A DNA stretch of 64,000 nucleotides from an uncultured Acidobacteriota bacterium (lineage in GTDB: Bacteria > Acidobacteriota > Blastocatellia > RBC074): positions 384,001-448,000 of the forward strand of contig CAWCKY010000002.1 of the NCBI GenBank assembly GCA_963796275.1. Reading direction: 5' to 3'. Position numbers and translations under genes: made by a program. The notes under the pieces are model-generated. The model made no database searches. It saw only the letters and a list, made by a program, of their open reading frames with translations, and was not told where the DNA came from. Within the stretch, counting starts at the first letter, position 1. Each line of letters starts with the position of its first letter. Shown here one piece after another: positions 61,103-64,000 of the stretch.

Positions 61103-62215
61103 TCAAATAAATCCTTTCATCCGCCGCGTCAATCGTTTACGTGCCGCCTTCCGAACATTGATAACCTGCTGACGCGTCAATCGTAACATTTGAGCGATCT
61201 TCGCATCTTCAAGCGGCAACTCGTTCCACATCCCGGCCAGCTCTTCCGCGCTCATCTCCATCGTCTCCGCAAGTTGGTGTATTGTTGCGATTCTCAGCGC
61301 CGGAAAAAGCGTAATTCCACCCCCTCCTTCGGTATCACGCAGGTTGAGGAGTAATGCCACGCGCTGATTGGGCGGAAGTTGGTTTATCTCCTCCCATAAT
61401 CTCTGCAAAAATATCCGTTTTTCAACTCGCCACGCCGCATCGCTTCCTCCGGCCGAAGCCTCAAATCCGACGGTATCCTTAATATCTTCAAGGGATTCAA
61501 GAGGCTGATCTTCGTATTGTAAAAGCCCAGCCAGGGCACCTGCCAGTTTATCGAATTCGACCGGACTGCCGAGATAGTCGAATATCGCCGCCAATGTGCC
61601 CCCCCAATCTTCCTGCCCCATCTGCTCACCCGTTTGCCCCGCTTGCCCCGTTTGCCCCGTTTGCCCCGTTTGCGTTCTGGTCTTTAGCAAGCGTATTCGT
61701 CTTCGCAACGCTTCATCATCTACTAACCGTTCGAGCTGCAAGTCGGCGCTGACATTTTTTACTCCTTGCCAACTCGCGAAACCAGCGATCAATTTTTTGT
61801 TCTTATTGCGCCAGAGAGCAAAACCGCGTTGTCGGGTCAGAATGTAATAAAGTCGATTCTTAAATGCGTGGCGTTCTGGAAACTGGCGGCGCATCCAGCG
61901 GGAACAGGCGCGATGAGTTATCACCGCCGCCAACCCGCGCAGATCGTTGACCGGATTGGCATCGGGCCGTTCACGAAGCTGGTATATCGCCTCCAGTAAG
62001 TGCAAAACCGCTTCCTGATAGATATCCCCAGCATCGGTATGCCCGTTGGCTGAATAGCAATATAGATGGAGTTTATAACTGATGATCCCTCTGATCACCG
62101 GGTCGGCGTGCGAGGCGATAAGTTGTGAGAGAATGTCGTCGACCTGTTGGTCGCTGGCCGCCAACAAGAGTGGTTTGAGCAAGGGATCGATCTCTGTCGA
62201 TTGCTTTCTCACCAT
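61103..62215 (-). CDS. Atypical long ECF-like sigma factor
   Basis: Sigma2-like DAGDIYQEAVLHL; sigma4-like LPPNQRVALLL and IAQMLRLTRQQVINVRKAARKRL; long inserts; adjacent anti-sigma. Confidence 0.72.
   Translation of the reverse strand: MVRKQSTEIDPLLKPLLLAASDQQVDDILSQLIASHADPVIRGIISYKLHLYCYSANGHTDAGDIYQEAVLHLLEAIYQLRERPDANPVNDLRGLAAVITHRACSRWMRRQFPERHAFKNRLYYILTRQRGFALWRNKNKKLIAGFASWQGVKNVSADLQLERLVDDEALRRRIRLLKTRTQTGQTGQTGQAGQTGEQMGQEDWGGTLAAIFDYLGSPVEFDKLAGALAGLLQYEDQPLESLEDIKDTVGFEASAGGSDAAWRVEKRIFLQRLWEEINQLPPNQRVALLLNLRDTEGGGGITLFPALRIATIHQLAETMEMSAEELAGMWNELPLEDAKIAQMLRLTRQQVINVRKAARKRLTRRMKGFI
61634..61669 (-). repeat. In-frame 9-nt tandem repeat (ACGGGGCAA-type, four units)
   Basis: Plus strand ttgccccgc then ttgccccgt x3; encodes TGQTGQTGQAGQ. 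Confidence 0.85.
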
Positions 62216-62806
62216 TCATTTTGGTCATCTGGCTGATATTGGCCGATTCTCAGCTGCATTAATAAATACCCCGCAATAAATACCCACCATTGTGTCAAAC
62301 TCATCCGGTTGCGCACTGAGAACAAAGATGGCAAAAAAGATGTGCCACTCTTCAGCCAGTAAAATCACAAAAGAATATCTTATACATGTTCAATCGTGGC
62401 GGTCATCTATCGACTCTCCATTTTTCACGAAATTTTCTCCATAAATTCTCCATTCCGTAACAACTCTCGAGGAGGAGCATTGAAAAGCTTAGATACACCT
62501 GAATCATCTGACCCTGCGATTGAAATTATGGAATTTCACTAACCGAGCACTCATACGGCTCGATCTCATTTCGTCTTCACAGATTTACAGAAAATTTTTA
62601 GGAGAGGGTAATATCCCGCGCGGTTCAGCAACTTCCCTTTTTGGCGTTCACACTTTGAATACCAAAGGCTAGGTGCTTGGATGTGCGACTTGAAACAGAG
62701 GGCCTGAGGTCATGGGTCTTGATTCAACACCGAGCCTCGGGCATCAGCCCCCCAGCCCTCAGTTTCCATCCGCACCATATTTCTAAGAGTTTATTTAGCT
62801 GGAGCA

Positions 62807-63259
62807 TTGATGCAGAAGAATTCTCGCCAAACCTACTCTTTCGATGATTTCACCCTCGACCTAAACCGAGGCTGTTTGCTGCGCTCCGGACAGGAGATCA
62901 AGCTTCGGCCCAAATCCTTCGAGGTATTCAAGTATCTGGTCGAGCACCACGGGCGGCTGGTGAGTAAAAACGATTTGATGCGGGCCGTTTGGTCAGATTC
63001 ATTCGTGACCGACGATTCGCTGGTGCAGTGTCTGATCGAGGTGAGGCGGGCACTGGGTGATGAGTCGCGACGCTATATCAAGACCGTCCCCCGACGGGGC
63101 TACATCTTCGAAGCGCTGTTGCACGAGAGTGCAGCGGAGATTCATAACCACGTGCCAATCATCCTTCGTGGAGACCCGTCCTTCGGCCCAGGCCATAGAT
63201 CGAGACTTGCGCGCAACCTTTTAGCGATAGTGATGATATGGGATAGAAACTCTGGTTGA
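62807..63259 (+). pseudogene. Stand-alone or truncated CadC-like winged-helix domain
   Basis: LRPKSFEV...VWSDSFVTDDSLVQC...YIKTVPRRGYIF; lacks the TM/TolB/TPR part seen in the paralog at 49427. Confidence 0.55.
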
Positions 63260-63571
63260 TCTAAGGAGTTTTTCATCGTTTCTTCGTCATTCTTCGTACT
63301 TTTTTCATCACCAGTGCTCCGGCGAAGAAAATATCTATTCGGATTTAAATAGTAATCGAGGTTGCGCCTTGATATCGACAATGTCATTACCGTCCTCAGC
63401 AATGCGACGACGGTACCTCAAAACTATGATGAGGTACCGACGGGTGGCCTGAAATTCGTGGAAAAGGAAGGCTGATCTACTCGGAACCCACGACTCCACT
63501 AACGCAATGGCGGTCGTTGCGGAATTGGAGAGGTATCGGGCCGTACTTCAACTGCCCAGCTGGCCCATTCC

Positions 63572-64000
63572 TTATCGGAACCCCAGCTTTACATTCGGGT
63601 ATTTGATTCTGACGAGCTGGTATTTGACCGGGCCGCGCAGGATAGCGAGATTCCCTTTACTCGAGATGTCGAATCCGAAAATCCCATCGCCGGAAAAGTT
63701 TGTCAGTTGCTGCGGCGGTCCGCCGGCCACTGGCTGTTTCCAGAGATTCTCGCTGCCGCCGACCCTGTCAGTGTAAACGATGCTTTTGCCGTCGGGCATC
63801 CACCGCAACCTGGCTCCCCCGCTATCGGCGGGGCGGGCACTCACGCCCCCGAGGTGCCGGATTGTCCCATCGGTTAGCGAGATGAGTGTCAGCATGGTTG
63901 GCATGACTGAAGCGCTGGATTTAGCTTCAGCTTTTAAATATGCGAGGTAGTTTCCATCGGGAGATACGACCGCCTCCCCCCCATTCTCCAGGCCCAATAA
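63572..64000 (-). CDS. C-terminus of a TolB/PD40 beta-propeller protein (partial)
   Basis: SPDGNYLAY, WMPDGKSIVY, NLWKQPVAGGPPQQLTNF. Confidence 0.8.
   Translation of the reverse strand, partial: LLGLENGGEAVVSPDGNYLAYLKAEAKSSASVMPTMLTLISLTDGTIRHLGGVSARPADSGGARLRWMPDGKSIVYTDRVGGSENLWKQPVAGGPPQQLTNFSGDGIFGFDISSKGNLAILRGPVKYQLVRIKYPNVKLGFR

Noticed and set aside
63411-63439. Hairpin CGGTACCTCA-N9-TGAGGTACCG
   Set aside because: Probably an ordinary terminator between convergent genes; single copy in the window.
1-64000. tRNA, rRNA, riboswitch, prophage, transposase or anti-phage defence genes
   Set aside because: None recognised by eye; an Infernal/tRNAscan/HMM search would be needed to exclude small or divergent elements.

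Overview
A 64 kb, gene-dense bacterial window. It looks most like an Acidobacteriota (Blastocatellia-like) genome; this is inferred from the acidobacterial-type PadR, the CadC-wHTH/TolB/TPR regulators and the Planctomycete-type cytochrome c cassettes. About 40 real genes are present and most other ORFs in the track are antisense or shadow frames. Recognisable genes: treY, cutC, aceB, a ubiE/menG-like methyltransferase, a paoABC (yagTSR)-type molybdoenzyme operon, a PvdQ/QuiP-like Ntn acylase, a CE15 esterase, an atypical subtilase, a VHPO/PAP2 enzyme, DUF1552/DUF1592 and DUF1501/PSD1 cassettes, and two ECF sigma/anti-sigma pairs. I saw no rRNA, tRNA, CRISPR array, integrase or transposase. The most notable observations are: (1) an ECF-sigma/anti-sigma/Spy-like operon that continues into an unusual amidohydrolase and a heme-c-fused PHM-type copper monooxygenase; (2) a 370-aa 'split' ECF-like sigma factor paired with a double-zinc-finger membrane anti-sigma; (3) a CGGGGCA-core microrepeat that forms 8-nt intergenic hairpins and also sits as in-frame 9-nt arrays in unrelated genes, in three different reading frames; (4) several decayed genes (an internally deleted AAC(3)-IV-like gene, a PadR relic with its operator, a truncated amidohydrolase, a sulfatase tail); (5) several REP-like hairpins and candidate regulatory sites. 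All family assignments come from motifs read by eye, not from database searches.
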